Below, piece after piece: positions 1 to 10,678 of a DNA stretch of 27,031 nucleotides. Made by a program: the position numbers and the translations under genes. Origin of the DNA: a virus (Duplodnaviria; Caudoviricetes); the IMG/VR virus record IMGVR_UViG_3300029822_000062, positions 1 through 27,031 of that record; one strand, 5' to 3'. The notes beneath the pieces are model-generated. The model saw only the letters and a program-made list of their open reading frames with translations. It was not told the origin of the DNA and did not search any database. Numbering within the stretch: the first letter of the stretch is position 1; every line of letters starts with the position of its first letter.

Positions 1-84
1 TTTTTCCTCGCGTGAATCTCGGTTTATGAAATTTTGCAAAACTTGTTTTTAACCAAAATTAGGAAAATGAAGGAGGTAAGAAGG

Positions 85-549
85 ATGCCAAGAAAAAAGC
101 AACCAATTAATTTATTAATGGCCAAGGGCAATAGATCTCATATGACTAAAAAAGAAATTGAAGCAAGAAAGAAACAAGAAATAAAGGCAAAGGCAGATAA
201 GATTGAACCACCTTCTTATTTACCTGATGAACTTAAAGAAAACTTTAATAAAATAGCATACGAACTCATGGATGTTGATATAATGAGTAATTTGGATTGT
301 GAAGCATTGGCAAGATTTGTATTTGCAGAGCATGAATATGAGAAAGTTAGCCTTAAATTATTTAAGCTTAAAACAGTAGGCACTAGATATTATGATTTAT
401 TGCAGATACAAGATAAATGGTTCAAACAATGCAGACAATCAGCATCAGATTTAGGATTAACAATAAGCAGCAGATGCAAGCTAGTAGTTCCACATGAGAA
501 AGACAAAGGAAAGCCAACAAAAGCCGAGAGGGAATTTGGTGATGTATAA
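85..549 (+). CDS. terS: Phage terminase small subunit (P27 family-like)
   Basis: RBS AAGGAGG before ATG 85. Contains P27-like motifs (PPSYL; DxEALARF; C-terminal 'ASDLGLTISSRCKL') and overlaps the terL start. Confidence 0.85.
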   Translation: MPRKKQPINLLMAKGNRSHMTKKEIEARKKQEIKAKADKIEPPSYLPDELKENFNKIAYELMDVDIMSNLDCEALARFVFAEHEYEKVSLKLFKLKTVGTRYYDLLQIQDKWFKQCRQSASDLGLTISSRCKLVVPHEKDKGKPTKAEREFGDV

Positions 550-2276
550 TGAACCTTACCCAAGAATTGATCCAATATTGTAATGACATTTTAGAAGGTA
601 AAATATTAGCTTGCCAAAAGCATAAATGGGCTTGCCAAAGGTTTTTAAATGATTTAGATAGACAGAATACAGATAATTTCCCTTATGTTTTTAATGAGGA
701 CAAGGCTAACAGATTTTTAGATTGGATGCATTTATTTAAACATACTAAAGGACCATTACAAGGTCAACTTATAGAACCTCATATTATTCAGAAGTTCAAT
801 TTTGAAAATATATTTGGATGGATAAATGTAAAAACAGGTTATAGAAGATTTAGAAAATCATATTGGCAAGTAGGAAGAAAAAATGCGAAGTCTCAATCAG
901 AGGCATGTGTGGGAACTTACGAAACTTTTGCAGATAGTGAAAGTGCTTCGGAGGTTTATTGTGCTGCAACAAAAACAAAACAATCTAAAATAGTATGGAA
1001 TGAAGCAAGACTTCAAACAAAGAGGTGTGATTTTTTAAAAGGCAAATATAAAATAGCGAATGGAATGATAATGCACTTAAAAAGTGATTCATATATGACT
1101 TATCTAAGTAAAGAAGATGGAAAAACAGGTGATGGCTTCAACCCTCAATGTGGAATAATTGATGAATACCATTTGCATCCTACTACAGAGATGTATGATG
1201 TCCTTAATTCTGGCATGGGCGCAAGGACACAACCGTTGATGATGATTATAACAACCGCGGGATATGAATTAAATCATCCATGTTATAGAGTAGAGTATAA
1301 ATACGTAAGTAATATATTAAATCCAGATAGTCCAGTAGAAAACGACGAATATTTTGTAATGATAAATGAACTAGATAAGGATAAAGACGGAAACATAACT
1401 GATGATATAAAAGATGAAAAAGTTTGGATAAAAGCCAATCCTATTGTTGCAGAAAACGAGGTTGGCCTTAATTATTTACGTGGAGAATTAAAGGCAGCAT
1501 TAGCAGAACCGGAAAAGATGAAAACATTCTTAACTAAAAACATGAACGTGTGGATTGATAAAAGAGCTAGTGGCTACATGGAAATGGATAAATGGAGAGC
1601 CGGTGGAGTAGAAAACTATGATTTAAATAATTTAATGAATATGGAATGTATAGCAGGACTTGATCTATCAGCTAAGAATGATTTAACCTCTATAAGTTTT
1701 GATTTCAAGATTGACAATGATAAGTATGTTGTATTAAGCCATAGTTTTATGCCTAAAGACAGGCTACATGAGAAAATGATAAAAGATAAGATGCCATATG
1801 ATTTATGGTCAAAGGATAATAAATGGATTACTTTAACACCTGGAAGTGTAGTTGATTACTCTTATATTAAAAAATATATTGAAGAAATGTATCAAAAGTA
1901 TAAATGGAGATATAGAGAAATAGTTTATGACCCTTGGAACGCTACACAATTTGCCATAATGATGGAAAATGCGGGATATACAATGGCTGAAATGAGACAA
2001 GGTATAAGAAGCCTTGGTGAAGGTACTAAAAACTTTAGAGATTCGGTTTATGCAGGCAATGTAATCCATGATAATAACCCAGTTTTGACCTGGGCTTTAG
2101 GAAATGCGGTTACAAAACCAGATGCAAATGAAAACATTATGTTAGATAAAGAAAAAAGTACATTTAGGATAGATCCTGCAGCAGCTTTAATGAACGCACA
2201 TTCCAGGATGATTATTGTTAATCCAGATAAAGGCACAAGTGTATATGAAAAACGTGGTATGAGGTCTCTATTATAA
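549..2276 (+). CDS. terL: Phage terminase large subunit
   Basis: 575 aa. Walker A-like GRKNAKS, Walker B IIDEYH, motif III ITTAG, nuclease GLDLS and C-terminal RIDPAAA. Confidence 0.95.
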   Translation: MNLTQELIQYCNDILEGKILACQKHKWACQRFLNDLDRQNTDNFPYVFNEDKANRFLDWMHLFKHTKGPLQGQLIEPHIIQKFNFENIFGWINVKTGYRRFRKSYWQVGRKNAKSQSEACVGTYETFADSESASEVYCAATKTKQSKIVWNEARLQTKRCDFLKGKYKIANGMIMHLKSDSYMTYLSKEDGKTGDGFNPQCGIIDEYHLHPTTEMYDVLNSGMGARTQPLMMIITTAGYELNHPCYRVEYKYVSNILNPDSPVENDEYFVMINELDKDKDGNITDDIKDEKVWIKANPIVAENEVGLNYLRGELKAALAEPEKMKTFLTKNMNVWIDKRASGYMEMDKWRAGGVENYDLNNLMNMECIAGLDLSAKNDLTSISFDFKIDNDKYVVLSHSFMPKDRLHEKMIKDKMPYDLWSKDNKWITLTPGSVVDYSYIKKYIEEMYQKYKWRYREIVYDPWNATQFAIMMENAGYTMAEMRQGIRSLGEGTKNFRDSVYAGNVIHDNNPVLTWALGNAVTKPDANENIMLDKEKSTFRIDPAAALMNAHSRMIIVNPDKGTSVYEKRGMRSLL

Positions 2277-2289
2277 AAGGAGTGGTAAT

Positions 2290-2637
2290 ATGCAAAAGGA
2301 ACTTTTTAGATTACAGGATTATTTTAAAAATTATCCGGATATAGAAGTATGGGTTATAGGAGATAGAAGAAAAACAGCAGAATACTATTGGAAATGTATA
2401 AAAGAACATATAGAAACCAATAAGAAACCTATATTTAATTCACCTTCTACACTTGCTACACGTGGAGAAGGTTTAAATCCTGATGATGCAATAATAGTAT
2501 TATGTGGCCATTGGTATGAAAATAAACATTCATGTAATGGATTATTCCAATATTATTTAAACAATGCAAAGTTTACATTACCAATTGGAGAAATGCCTGA
2601 CCATATTATAAATAAAGGAGAAACAAATAATGAGTGA
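2290..2637 (+). CDS. Hypothetical protein inserted between terL and portal
   Basis: 115 aa ORF with RBS AAGGAG. No recognised motif. Confidence 0.7.
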   Translation: MQKELFRLQDYFKNYPDIEVWVIGDRRKTAEYYWKCIKEHIETNKKPIFNSPSTLATRGEGLNPDDAIIVLCGHWYENKHSCNGLFQYYLNNAKFTLPIGEMPDHIINKGETNNE

Positions 2638-2896
2638 TTTGCTAAAAAGACCTGGTACTTTTAAAATAACTAGAGACCTTATTATAGACAATCCTGAAGC
2701 TGTAAATGAAGTATTAAAAGATGTTTTAGTAGTAGGTGTAGATAATGATTTCTTTACTGGCATTTTAACTTATAAGGGATATTCCAAGCACTTTGGTGTA
2801 ATAAAAGAAGGCGAAATGCCACCTGAATATTTTGCTACTATTCGTACTGATGATAAAACAAGAATAGTAGGTGTAACTTGGAAAAAACTTAATTAA
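2630..2896 (+). CDS. Hypothetical protein
   Basis: 88 aa ORF with RBS AAGGAG, overlapping the previous ORF. Confidence 0.7.
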   Translation: MSDLLKRPGTFKITRDLIIDNPEAVNEVLKDVLVVGVDNDFFTGILTYKGYSKHFGVIKEGEMPPEYFATIRTDDKTRIVGVTWKKLN

Positions 2897-2965
2897 AGTG
2901 AAAAAGTAGTTAAGCAGAGCCTTTAAATAAGAGTTTTTTATTTTGCTTTGGGAGGTGGTGAGATA

Positions 2966-4240
2966 TTGAATGTATTCCAGAAAGCAGTTTCAAGGATGAT
3001 ATTTGGGAAGACTTTTCAAGAAAAGGTATCAGATTTCTTGACAGGAGCCGACTTAGACAATGCATCTAATAGTTTTAATATAGATCAAGTTACTGCAATG
3101 AAATATAGCGCTGTGTTTGGGTGCGTAAGAGTTCTAGCAGAAACGTTGGCGAACACTCCTATTATGTTATACAGGAAAAAGTCTGATACAGAAAGAGAAA
3201 CCAGAAATGATTTAGCTATCTATGATATTTTGCACAATAGACCTAATGAAGAAATGTCACCTTTTAACTTTAAAGAATTTTGCATGACATCTTTAAATCT
3301 CGGAGGCAATACAGTATGCCAGAGGCTTGTAAATCAGAAAGGTGATTTGGTAGGACTATACCCTTACAACTATAATAGAATTAATATCCATAGGGATTAT
3401 TCAACCAAAAAACTCATATATACGGTCAATGCTGGTACTGACAGCAGAGATTTTCAAAGAGAAGAAGTATTGCATATACCAGGTATTAGCCTAGATGGTA
3501 TAGTAGGACTTTCCCCTATTGAATATGCGGCAAGTGCCATAAGACTAGGGCTAAATTACGAACAATTTGGAGTAAACTTTTATAAAAACGGTGCTAATGC
3601 GTCAGGAGCTTTTAAACATCCAGGCACATTAGGTGATGAAGCCTTTAAGAGATTAAAGAAGGAATTAAAGACCAATTATACAGGCTTGAAAAATACAGGT
3701 ACACCAATGATTTTAGAGGATGGACTTGAATTTCAACCGTTCCAAATAAAGCCTGTTGACGCACAACTACTAGAAAGTAAATATTTTCAGATTGAGGATA
3801 TATGCCGTATTTATAGAGTACCTCAACACTTGGTGCAAAAACTTGATAGGTCCACTAATAACAATATAGAACATCAAAGCTTAGAATTTGTAATGTATAC
3901 TATGCTTCCATGGTTTAAGCGTTGGGAAGATAATATAAATATGCAACTACTAACACTCCAAGAAAGATTAGCAGGATATTATGTTGAATTTAAAGCAGAT
4001 GCACTTCTTAGAGGTGATATTGCAAGCAGAGCCACTTATTATGCACAGGGCAGGCAATGGGGATGGCTAAGCGTAAATGATATTAGAAGATTAGAGAATA
4101 TGCCAGCCATACCAAACGGTGATATATATTTGCAACCGATAAATATGGGCGAAGCTGGGAAGATTCAACAGCAAGAACAATTAAAGGCTATGACGGAGAA
4201 AATCTATAATGTGATTTTAAATAAAGATAAGGCAGCTTAA
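2966..4240 (+). CDS. HK97-family portal protein
   Basis: RBS GGAGGTGG before TTG 2966. Motifs SAVFGCVRVLA, LHNRPN, GLSPI, EDICRIYRVP, NNIEHQ, LLRGD and NDIRRLEN. Confidence 0.95.
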   Translation: MNVFQKAVSRMIFGKTFQEKVSDFLTGADLDNASNSFNIDQVTAMKYSAVFGCVRVLAETLANTPIMLYRKKSDTERETRNDLAIYDILHNRPNEEMSPFNFKEFCMTSLNLGGNTVCQRLVNQKGDLVGLYPYNYNRINIHRDYSTKKLIYTVNAGTDSRDFQREEVLHIPGISLDGIVGLSPIEYAASAIRLGLNYEQFGVNFYKNGANASGAFKHPGTLGDEAFKRLKKELKTNYTGLKNTGTPMILEDGLEFQPFQIKPVDAQLLESKYFQIEDICRIYRVPQHLVQKLDRSTNNNIEHQSLEFVMYTMLPWFKRWEDNINMQLLTLQERLAGYYVEFKADALLRGDIASRATYYAQGRQWGWLSVNDIRRLENMPAIPNGDIYLQPINMGEAGKIQQQEQLKAMTEKIYNVILNKDKAA

Positions 4241-4257
4241 TTGAAAGGAGTGAGAAA

Positions 4258-5244
4258 ATGCCAAAGGTATATCAATTTACAAAGAAAGATAAATCAGGAA
4301 ATATAAAAAATGCTGGAAGAATGGAAATTAAAAATCAAGCCAATAATTCAGCCGATTTATATTTTTATGGTGATATTGTAAGCACTGCATATAATCCAGA
4401 CGATTGGTGGAGTTGCGGAGATCCTGAAGATAAGGCGCCACAAGATGTGGCAGACTTTTTAAGTGAACTTGATGGAATGACAGATATAAACATTCATGTT
4501 AATAGTGGTGGTGGAGACGTATTTGCAGGATTAGCAATTTACAATATATTAAAAAGTAATAAGGCAAATAAAACAGTTTATGTTGATGGCTTGGCAGCTT
4601 CTATTGCAAGTGTGATAGCACTAGCAGGGGATACAGTGATAATTCCAAGTACAGCACAACTTATGGTTCATAATCCATGGACATTTATGTTTGGAGGGTA
4701 TAATGCTGCAGAACTTTTGCAAACGGCCGATATGCTTGACCAAGTTAAGCAACCAATTCTTAATGTTTATGCTGAAAATTTAAAAGATGGTGTTGACATT
4801 GATACAATTCAAGAGCTTATGGACAATGAGACCTGGCTTACTGGTGAAGAAGCAGAACAGTATTTCAATATCCAAGTTGAAGAAACTGAAACTGTTGCAG
4901 CTTGTGCAAATAGTGAGTTCTTTAGTAAATACAAGCATACACCAAAGGCTCTTATCCAAACGAAGAAAAGTAAAATAAAGCCTAAAGCAAATAATACTGT
5001 TGTACCATTAAAGGTCAATAATAAAGTTAACCCAGTAATTATTAAAAACGAAGGAAGAACCTTATCTTCTGAGAATGAGCAGCGTATTAGAGATGCACAA
5101 GCATTATTAGATGAAGTCCTTGAACAGATTGATGGTACCTCAAATGGGGATGAAAATGATATAGGAAATGGTTCAGAAAATCAGGAAGATCAACAAAAAA
5201 TCGAACAGTTAAAAGCAAAATTAGCCTTAGGATCATTAATCTAG
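4258..5244 (+). CDS. Prohead maturation protease, ClpP (S14) type
   Basis: HVNSGGGDVF, DGLAASIAS (catalytic Ser), MVHNP (His) and ETWLTGEEA. Lies between portal and capsid. Confidence 0.93.
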   Translation: MPKVYQFTKKDKSGNIKNAGRMEIKNQANNSADLYFYGDIVSTAYNPDDWWSCGDPEDKAPQDVADFLSELDGMTDINIHVNSGGGDVFAGLAIYNILKSNKANKTVYVDGLAASIASVIALAGDTVIIPSTAQLMVHNPWTFMFGGYNAAELLQTADMLDQVKQPILNVYAENLKDGVDIDTIQELMDNETWLTGEEAEQYFNIQVEETETVAACANSEFFSKYKHTPKALIQTKKSKIKPKANNTVVPLKVNNKVNPVIIKNEGRTLSSENEQRIRDAQALLDEVLEQIDGTSNGDENDIGNGSENQEDQQKIEQLKAKLALGSLI

Positions 5245-5286
5245 GCTTATTTTTATGCAAAAAATTAGAAAATCGGAGGTAAAAGC

Positions 5287-6585
5287 ATGAACAAATTACA
5301 AGAATTAATGAATAAATTAGACGAATTGAAGAATAAAAAGGCAGCTTTACAAACAGAGGCAAAGGCATTAATAGCTAAAGATGATGCTACAGCAGATGAA
5401 ATCAGCGCAAAATCAAGTGAAATTGAAGCCATAAATGCCAAAATTGAAGTACAAAATCAGCTGATTGAGGATGAAAAAGCAGCAATTGAAGCAGAAAAAA
5501 AGAACAAAAAGCCAGTAAATGATCCTTTATATGCTGAACCTAATGATCATGATAAGAATAAATGGAAAGGTGGATTAGGTGAATTCTTACATTGTGTTGC
5601 TCAGGCTTCAAAACCAGGTGGAATAATGGATAATAGGCTCATACTTCATAATTCAGCAAGTGGAGCAAATGAGAACATTGCAACAGAGGGTGGATTCTTA
5701 GTTGAAGGTGACTTTGTACAATCATTAATAGATACTATGATGACACAGGTTCAAGTAAGAAACAGAATTCAAATGTTGCCTCTTACTACTGCAAATAAAT
5801 TGAATATTTTTGGACCAGATGAAAGTTCAAGAAAAACTGGCAGCAGATGGGGCGGTGTCCAAGTCTATCACGCAAGTGAAGCTGGAACAGTACAATCTTC
5901 AAAACCTAAATTTAGAGAGTTTAGCTTAAAACTTGAAAAATTAATGGCTCTGTGTTATGCAACTGATGAACTTTTAGAAGATACTAATCTTTTAGGTACT
6001 GTAATTCAACAGGCATATGCAGATGAAATGTCGTTTATGCTTGATGATGATATTATAAACGGTGATGGAAAAGGCAAGGCATTAGGAATATTAAGCTCTC
6101 CAGCACTTGTAACAGTAGACAAAGAATCAAATCAAGCAGCTCAAACAGTTACTGCAGCAAACATAAATAAAATGTGGGTTAGGATGCCAGCAAGGTATAG
6201 AGCACAAGCAGTTTGGTTTATAAATCAGGAAGTTGATACAGCACTCACAGAGATGGCTTTTGGAACTGGTGTAAATATGCATCCATTAGCACTTGAATAT
6301 CTGCAAAAAGGAACAATGAAAGGTGCACCAGTTGTTTCTATTGAACAAGCCTCTGCATTAGGAACAAAAGGAGATATTATATTAAGTGATCCTACACAAT
6401 ATATTGGAATTGACAAGGCTAACTTAACCGCAGATTCATCTATACATGTTAGATATTTATATGATGAGCAGGTATTTAGATTTATCTATAGATTTAACGG
6501 GGCACCTTACAGAAATAAGCCTATTACTCCATATAAGGGAAATGTAGATTTAAGCCCATTTGTTACTTTAGCAGATAGAAAATAG
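5287..6585 (+). CDS. HK97-fold major capsid protein
   Basis: N-terminal coiled-coil delta domain, then EGGFLV, TDELLED and IINGDGKGKALGIL. Position after the protease fits. Confidence 0.93.
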   Translation: MNKLQELMNKLDELKNKKAALQTEAKALIAKDDATADEISAKSSEIEAINAKIEVQNQLIEDEKAAIEAEKKNKKPVNDPLYAEPNDHDKNKWKGGLGEFLHCVAQASKPGGIMDNRLILHNSASGANENIATEGGFLVEGDFVQSLIDTMMTQVQVRNRIQMLPLTTANKLNIFGPDESSRKTGSRWGGVQVYHASEAGTVQSSKPKFREFSLKLEKLMALCYATDELLEDTNLLGTVIQQAYADEMSFMLDDDIINGDGKGKALGILSSPALVTVDKESNQAAQTVTAANINKMWVRMPARYRAQAVWFINQEVDTALTEMAFGTGVNMHPLALEYLQKGTMKGAPVVSIEQASALGTKGDIILSDPTQYIGIDKANLTADSSIHVRYLYDEQVFRFIYRFNGAPYRNKPITPYKGNVDLSPFVTLADRK

Positions 6586-6597
6586 GAGGATGATAGT

Positions 6598-7017
6598 ATG
6601 TATATACCAGAAGAATATAAAAGTAGGGTGCTTATAGCACCAGAAGGAACAGCCACATCAGGAGGAGGATACTTAACGCCTACTCCTGGATTAAATTCTT
6701 TAACAGTAAGGGCAGTAGTCAACATGGGCAATGCTACAGATTTAGCATTAACTTTAAAATCGGCGGATGATGCAACCGGAACTAATGCAACTAATTTTTC
6801 GGATGTACCAGTATTTGTTGATGGGACAAAACAGGATAATGACGCACATGCATATACAGTTTCAGAAGATACAGGAACCACCATAGTTGATTTTTGCATT
6901 ATGCCAAGCTTATTATCAGAAGGAAGGACAATTGGATTAGCTTTTGGAGCGAGCAATGCAGCTAATATAATAGCAGCAGAAATAATTGAGGACACAGCAT
7001 ATAAACCTGCAAATTAA
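6598..7017 (+). CDS. Putative virion structural protein (possible head decoration)
   Basis: 139 aa, beta-rich, strong RBS, directly after the capsid gene. Function inferred from position only. Confidence 0.55.
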   Translation: MYIPEEYKSRVLIAPEGTATSGGGYLTPTPGLNSLTVRAVVNMGNATDLALTLKSADDATGTNATNFSDVPVFVDGTKQDNDAHAYTVSEDTGTTIVDFCIMPSLLSEGRTIGLAFGASNAANIIAAEIIEDTAYKPAN

Positions 7018-7029
7018 GGTTGTGATTAA

Positions 7030-7674
7030 ATGAATAAAGAATACAACTTAAATCTAGTAACACCTCCTGCAGTTGAACCATTAACCTTAGAAGAAGTTGA
7101 AAACTATCTAAAGGTTGATGATACCATAGATGATCTAGAGAAAAATTATATTAGTTCATTAATTACACTTGCACGAGAATATTGCGAAGGCCGACAAAAA
7201 CGAGCATATATAACACAGACATGGGAAATGGCTCTACAGGAATTCCCCTGTAGACATACTGACGCGCTGAATGATTATGAAGAAACTGACATTATAGAAA
7301 TCCCTAAAGGCAATTTACAATCAATTAATAGCTTTGTCTATAAAGATTTATACGGTAATGCAAAAACATTAGATGAAAATGTTGATTATATAGTTAGTAA
7401 AAGAGGTATAGTAGGGAAAGTATGTCCACCATATGCATGCATATTTCCAACTGTACCTTTGTGGCCTTTAGACCCTATAATAATTAATTTTACCTGTGGA
7501 TATGGTGATGATGGTACAAAAGTGCCTTTTAAAGTAAAGCAAGCAATGAAACTTTTAATAAGCCATTGGTATAATACAAGAATTGTTATTAATTCAAGCA
7601 ATGCTAGCGTTTCAAAAGAAATAGAGTTTACTGTAAGTGCCTTGCTAGGCGTGGATAAGATATATAAGCTATAG
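7030..7674 (+). CDS. Head-tail connector (HK97 gp6/SPP1 gp15-like)
   Basis: PPAVEPLTLEEVENYLKVD, LAREYCE..RAYITQTW and VKQAMKLLISHWYNTR. Confidence 0.88.
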   Translation: MNKEYNLNLVTPPAVEPLTLEEVENYLKVDDTIDDLEKNYISSLITLAREYCEGRQKRAYITQTWEMALQEFPCRHTDALNDYEETDIIEIPKGNLQSINSFVYKDLYGNAKTLDENVDYIVSKRGIVGKVCPPYACIFPTVPLWPLDPIIINFTCGYGDDGTKVPFKVKQAMKLLISHWYNTRIVINSSNASVSKEIEFTVSALLGVDKIYKL

Positions 7675-7702
7675 AAATTCATATACAAAAGGGAGTGATG
7701 AT

Positions 7703-8098
7703 TTGGATCCCGGGAAATTAAACAAGAGAGTAGAAGTTTGGAGAAAGTCTCCAGTTGAAAACGAACTCGGCGCTGAAGATTTTATACCTGCGAAAGTTAA
7801 AACAATATGGGCTGGAATAGTTCCACAGACAGGAAGCCTAGTTAAACAGCAAAATGCAAATACTCTACTAGCAGATGTTACACATAAAATAATTATAAGA
7901 TATGACTCTGGAAAAGACATAAGAAGTGATGATTGGTTAATGTATTTTGAAAAAGCAAGTGATAGAGATGCTTATACTGATGCTTGTTCTAAAAATCAAG
8001 ATATTAAAGTAGGACATAGATTTGATATTAAATATCCACTAGATCCATTTTATAATCATGAAACTTTAGAATTGTTCTGTACTGAAAAAATAGAGTAG
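7703..8098 (+). CDS. Head closure protein (SPP1 gp16-like)
   Basis: MDPGKLNKRV, TIWA, THKIIIRY and C-terminal LELFC. Synteny fits. Confidence 0.85.
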   Translation: MDPGKLNKRVEVWRKSPVENELGAEDFIPAKVKTIWAGIVPQTGSLVKQQNANTLLADVTHKIIIRYDSGKDIRSDDWLMYFEKASDRDAYTDACSKNQDIKVGHRFDIKYPLDPFYNHETLELFCTEKIE

Positions 8099-8106
8099 GT
8101 GATATT

Positions 8107-8613
8107 ATGTCAGATGGCTTTGATACACACGAATTAGATGATTTTGCAAGAGATTTACTTGAATTATCACAAGAGAAACTCCCTAAAGAAACATCTAAAT
8201 TTATAAAGAAGAATGCAAATCAGTTAAAAACAGCAACTAAAAGAAAAGCCAAAGAGGTGGGAATTCAAGAACTAACAGGATCAAAAAAGAAAGATAGAAA
8301 ATATGAGTATTTTATAAACTTTAGAACTGGGAAAGTATATAACTATAACGGTGGATTGTCTTGTAGAGCTTACAACTCTTCTCCACATGCTCATTTATTG
8401 GAATATGGTCATAGAATGGTTGGGCATGGCAAAAAGAAAGATGAAAGAGCAGACTTAACAGCAAAATATAAAGGCAAGGGTGGAGAAATGATAGAGAGTG
8501 GTTTCGTACCAGGCCTTCATCCGTTTGAAAAGGCATATCAAGATTATAAAGAAAAATATGTTGACAACTGTGAAAAATTCATAGATGAAATGTTAAAAGA
8601 AAAAGGCTTGTAG
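8107..8613 (+). CDS. HK97 gp10-like neck/tail component
   Basis: SPHAHLLEYGH and FVPGLHPFEKA motifs. Synteny fits. Confidence 0.8.
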   Translation: MSDGFDTHELDDFARDLLELSQEKLPKETSKFIKKNANQLKTATKRKAKEVGIQELTGSKKKDRKYEYFINFRTGKVYNYNGGLSCRAYNSSPHAHLLEYGHRMVGHGKKKDERADLTAKYKGKGGEMIESGFVPGLHPFEKAYQDYKEKYVDNCEKFIDEMLKEKGL

Positions 8614-8621
8614 GTGATTAT

Positions 8622-9062
8622 ATGGAGTTAAAAACTATAGTTAAAACAATAAATAATATGTTAAAGGCGAAGTTCCTTGATATTCATAGGCAGAGTACAG
8701 ATATACAAGAAGGTTTTAAAAGGCCTTCTTTTTTTGTTACCACAGATAGTAATAAATCAGGCCAACAGAATGACAGAATTACTAATAAAAAAGTAGGAAT
8801 AAGAATTTATTACTTTCCTTCAAATGAACATAACTGCCAAATAGAATTACTGGAAATGCAAGATTCACTGGATGAATTATTTAGTAATGGCTTCATGATT
8901 CAAGAAGGTGAGGACAAGACCTATATCAATTTAGATGAAGATGGTATTGACTTCAACACTACAGACAATGTTCTTCAAGCTCTCTTCTACGTGAATTACA
9001 TGAATGAAACTGACCCTGACGCAGATTACGACTATATGGAAAAATTGAATTTAAATTTATAG
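8622..9062 (+). CDS. Putative tail terminator/completion protein
   Basis: EGFKRPSFFV and IYYFP motifs. Lies directly before the sheath gene. Confidence 0.65.
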   Translation: MELKTIVKTINNMLKAKFLDIHRQSTDIQEGFKRPSFFVTTDSNKSGQQNDRITNKKVGIRIYYFPSNEHNCQIELLEMQDSLDELFSNGFMIQEGEDKTYINLDEDGIDFNTTDNVLQALFYVNYMNETDPDADYDYMEKLNLNL

Positions 9063-9078
9063 AAAGGAAGGATGCAAT

Positions 9079-10164
9079 GTGACTTTGCACAAGCCAAATA
9101 TAGATGTGACATTTAAAACTTTGGCCACTAGTTTTAATGCTAGAAATGCCAATAAAAATGTAATACTTATCATTAAAGACGATACTGTTAAGACATTTAC
9201 AAAAAAGGTATATACAAGGCTAACAGATGTAACAGACAGCACGAATTATACAGCGGCTAATTTCCAAGCTATAAAAGATTGCTTTGTATCTAATATAAGA
9301 CAATGCACCGTTATAAGGATGGACGCAACAGATGGTGTTATTGCGGATGCACTTGCAATAGTTGGAGGGTTAGAAGCTGGGTATGTTGGAATACTTAGTA
9401 GCGTAGCAACAGATCAGCAAGCAGTTGCGGCATGGATAAAAACACAGGAAGAAGCAAAGAAAAGTTTTAAAGGAATAGTTTATAGTCCTACTACTCCACC
9501 AGACAGCAGAGAGGTGCTAAACTTTACTAATACCCAGGTAACATTTAAAGATGTTTCTAGGGGACAAGCAGATGCATGGCAGTTTATACCTTCATTGCTT
9601 GGATATATAGCTGGAAGAGATACAGATGAAGGAGCAACTTACCTTGTTATGGAGAATTTAGAAAGTGTTGTTGAGTCAACAGATTTAGATACTGCTATAA
9701 ATAGTGGACAATTAATCCTCTTTAATGACAGTGGAGTAGTTAGAATTGTACTTGGCATAAATAGTAAAACTACATTAGCCACAGATGAAATTGAAGATAT
9801 GAAGCTTATAGAGGTAAGCGAGGCTATGGACATAATACGTGACGACATAACTAACACTTATAAAAATGATTTTATTAGAAAATATAAAAACACTAATAAT
9901 AATAGAGAAATTTTTATAAGTGCTGTGAATGATTATTTTTCAAGCTTAGAAGGGCAGGAAATATTGTCCTCTGATTTCGATAATAAAGCACAACAGGATA
10001 TATCTGCTATGAGGCAATACCTAGTTAGTCAGAATGTTGACGCACGAGATATGACAGATGCACAAGTCAAGCATCAAAAATTTGGAAGGAATTTATTTGC
10101 AAAAGGAAATATAGAGATAGCAGAGGCAATGACAGATTTAACATTTACAAATGTAATGAATTAA
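9079..10164 (+). CDS. Contractile tail sheath protein (short XkdK-like)
   Basis: GINSKTT, IEVSEAMDIIRDDI and KYKNTNNNR..FISAVNDYF C-terminal sheath motifs. Followed by the tube gene, with baseplate J present downstream. Confidence 0.85.
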   Translation: MTLHKPNIDVTFKTLATSFNARNANKNVILIIKDDTVKTFTKKVYTRLTDVTDSTNYTAANFQAIKDCFVSNIRQCTVIRMDATDGVIADALAIVGGLEAGYVGILSSVATDQQAVAAWIKTQEEAKKSFKGIVYSPTTPPDSREVLNFTNTQVTFKDVSRGQADAWQFIPSLLGYIAGRDTDEGATYLVMENLESVVESTDLDTAINSGQLILFNDSGVVRIVLGINSKTTLATDEIEDMKLIEVSEAMDIIRDDITNTYKNDFIRKYKNTNNNREIFISAVNDYFSSLEGQEILSSDFDNKAQQDISAMRQYLVSQNVDARDMTDAQVKHQKFGRNLFAKGNIEIAEAMTDLTFTNVMN

Positions 10165-10192
10165 AGAGGCAAGCCACATTGTCTCTTTTTTT
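10164..10192 (+). terminator. Intrinsic terminator after the sheath gene
   Basis: AAGAGGCAA-gccaca-TTGTCTCTT hairpin followed by a T tract. Confidence 0.7.
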
Positions 10193-10228
10193 ATTGCCTA
10201 AAAAATTGAAAAGAAAGGGGTAATATAG

Positions 10229-10663
10229 ATGGCAAAAGCTAAGTATATGAATGGTACCAATGGTAAAGCGTGGTACAATGGAGAACTAATTAGTAGATTA
10301 ACATCCATAGAATTGAAACTTACTGCAAAGACAGATGATATTAACACTTGTGGGGAAATGGAAACAGACACGGCTATTCTAGGCTATTCAACAAGTGGAA
10401 CTTTAAAACTGAATAAATGGGCTGATGATGTTACAGCAGAAATGATGGAGAACGTTTTTAAGTGTATCACGACAGGAGTACCCGACGATGCAAAAGTAAT
10501 AATTGCATTGGAAGACCCAAGCACTGGTAAAGCTGAAAGGTATGCAATTAACGATATAGTATTTACTGAAATTAGTATTAAATGTGAGCCAAAGAAAATT
10601 ATTGAACAGGAATTTCCGTTCAAGGCTGGAAAATGTGAACTTCTGGAAACTATGGCAAGCTAA
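10229..10663 (+). CDS. Tail tube protein (XkdM-like)
   Basis: NGTNGKAWYNG, GTLKL, LEDP and C-terminal EFPF. Directly after the sheath. Confidence 0.82.
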   Translation: MAKAKYMNGTNGKAWYNGELISRLTSIELKLTAKTDDINTCGEMETDTAILGYSTSGTLKLNKWADDVTAEMMENVFKCITTGVPDDAKVIIALEDPSTGKAERYAINDIVFTEISIKCEPKKIIEQEFPFKAGKCELLETMAS

Positions 10664-10678
10664 TAAGGAGGATTTAAA

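Noticed and set aside
1-60. Possible cos site upstream of terS
   Set aside because: The position is plausible, but the window starts here and no cohesive-end sequence can be supported.
549-2276. Intein or intron in terL
   Set aside because: Normal length and a continuous frame, with no intein motifs seen.
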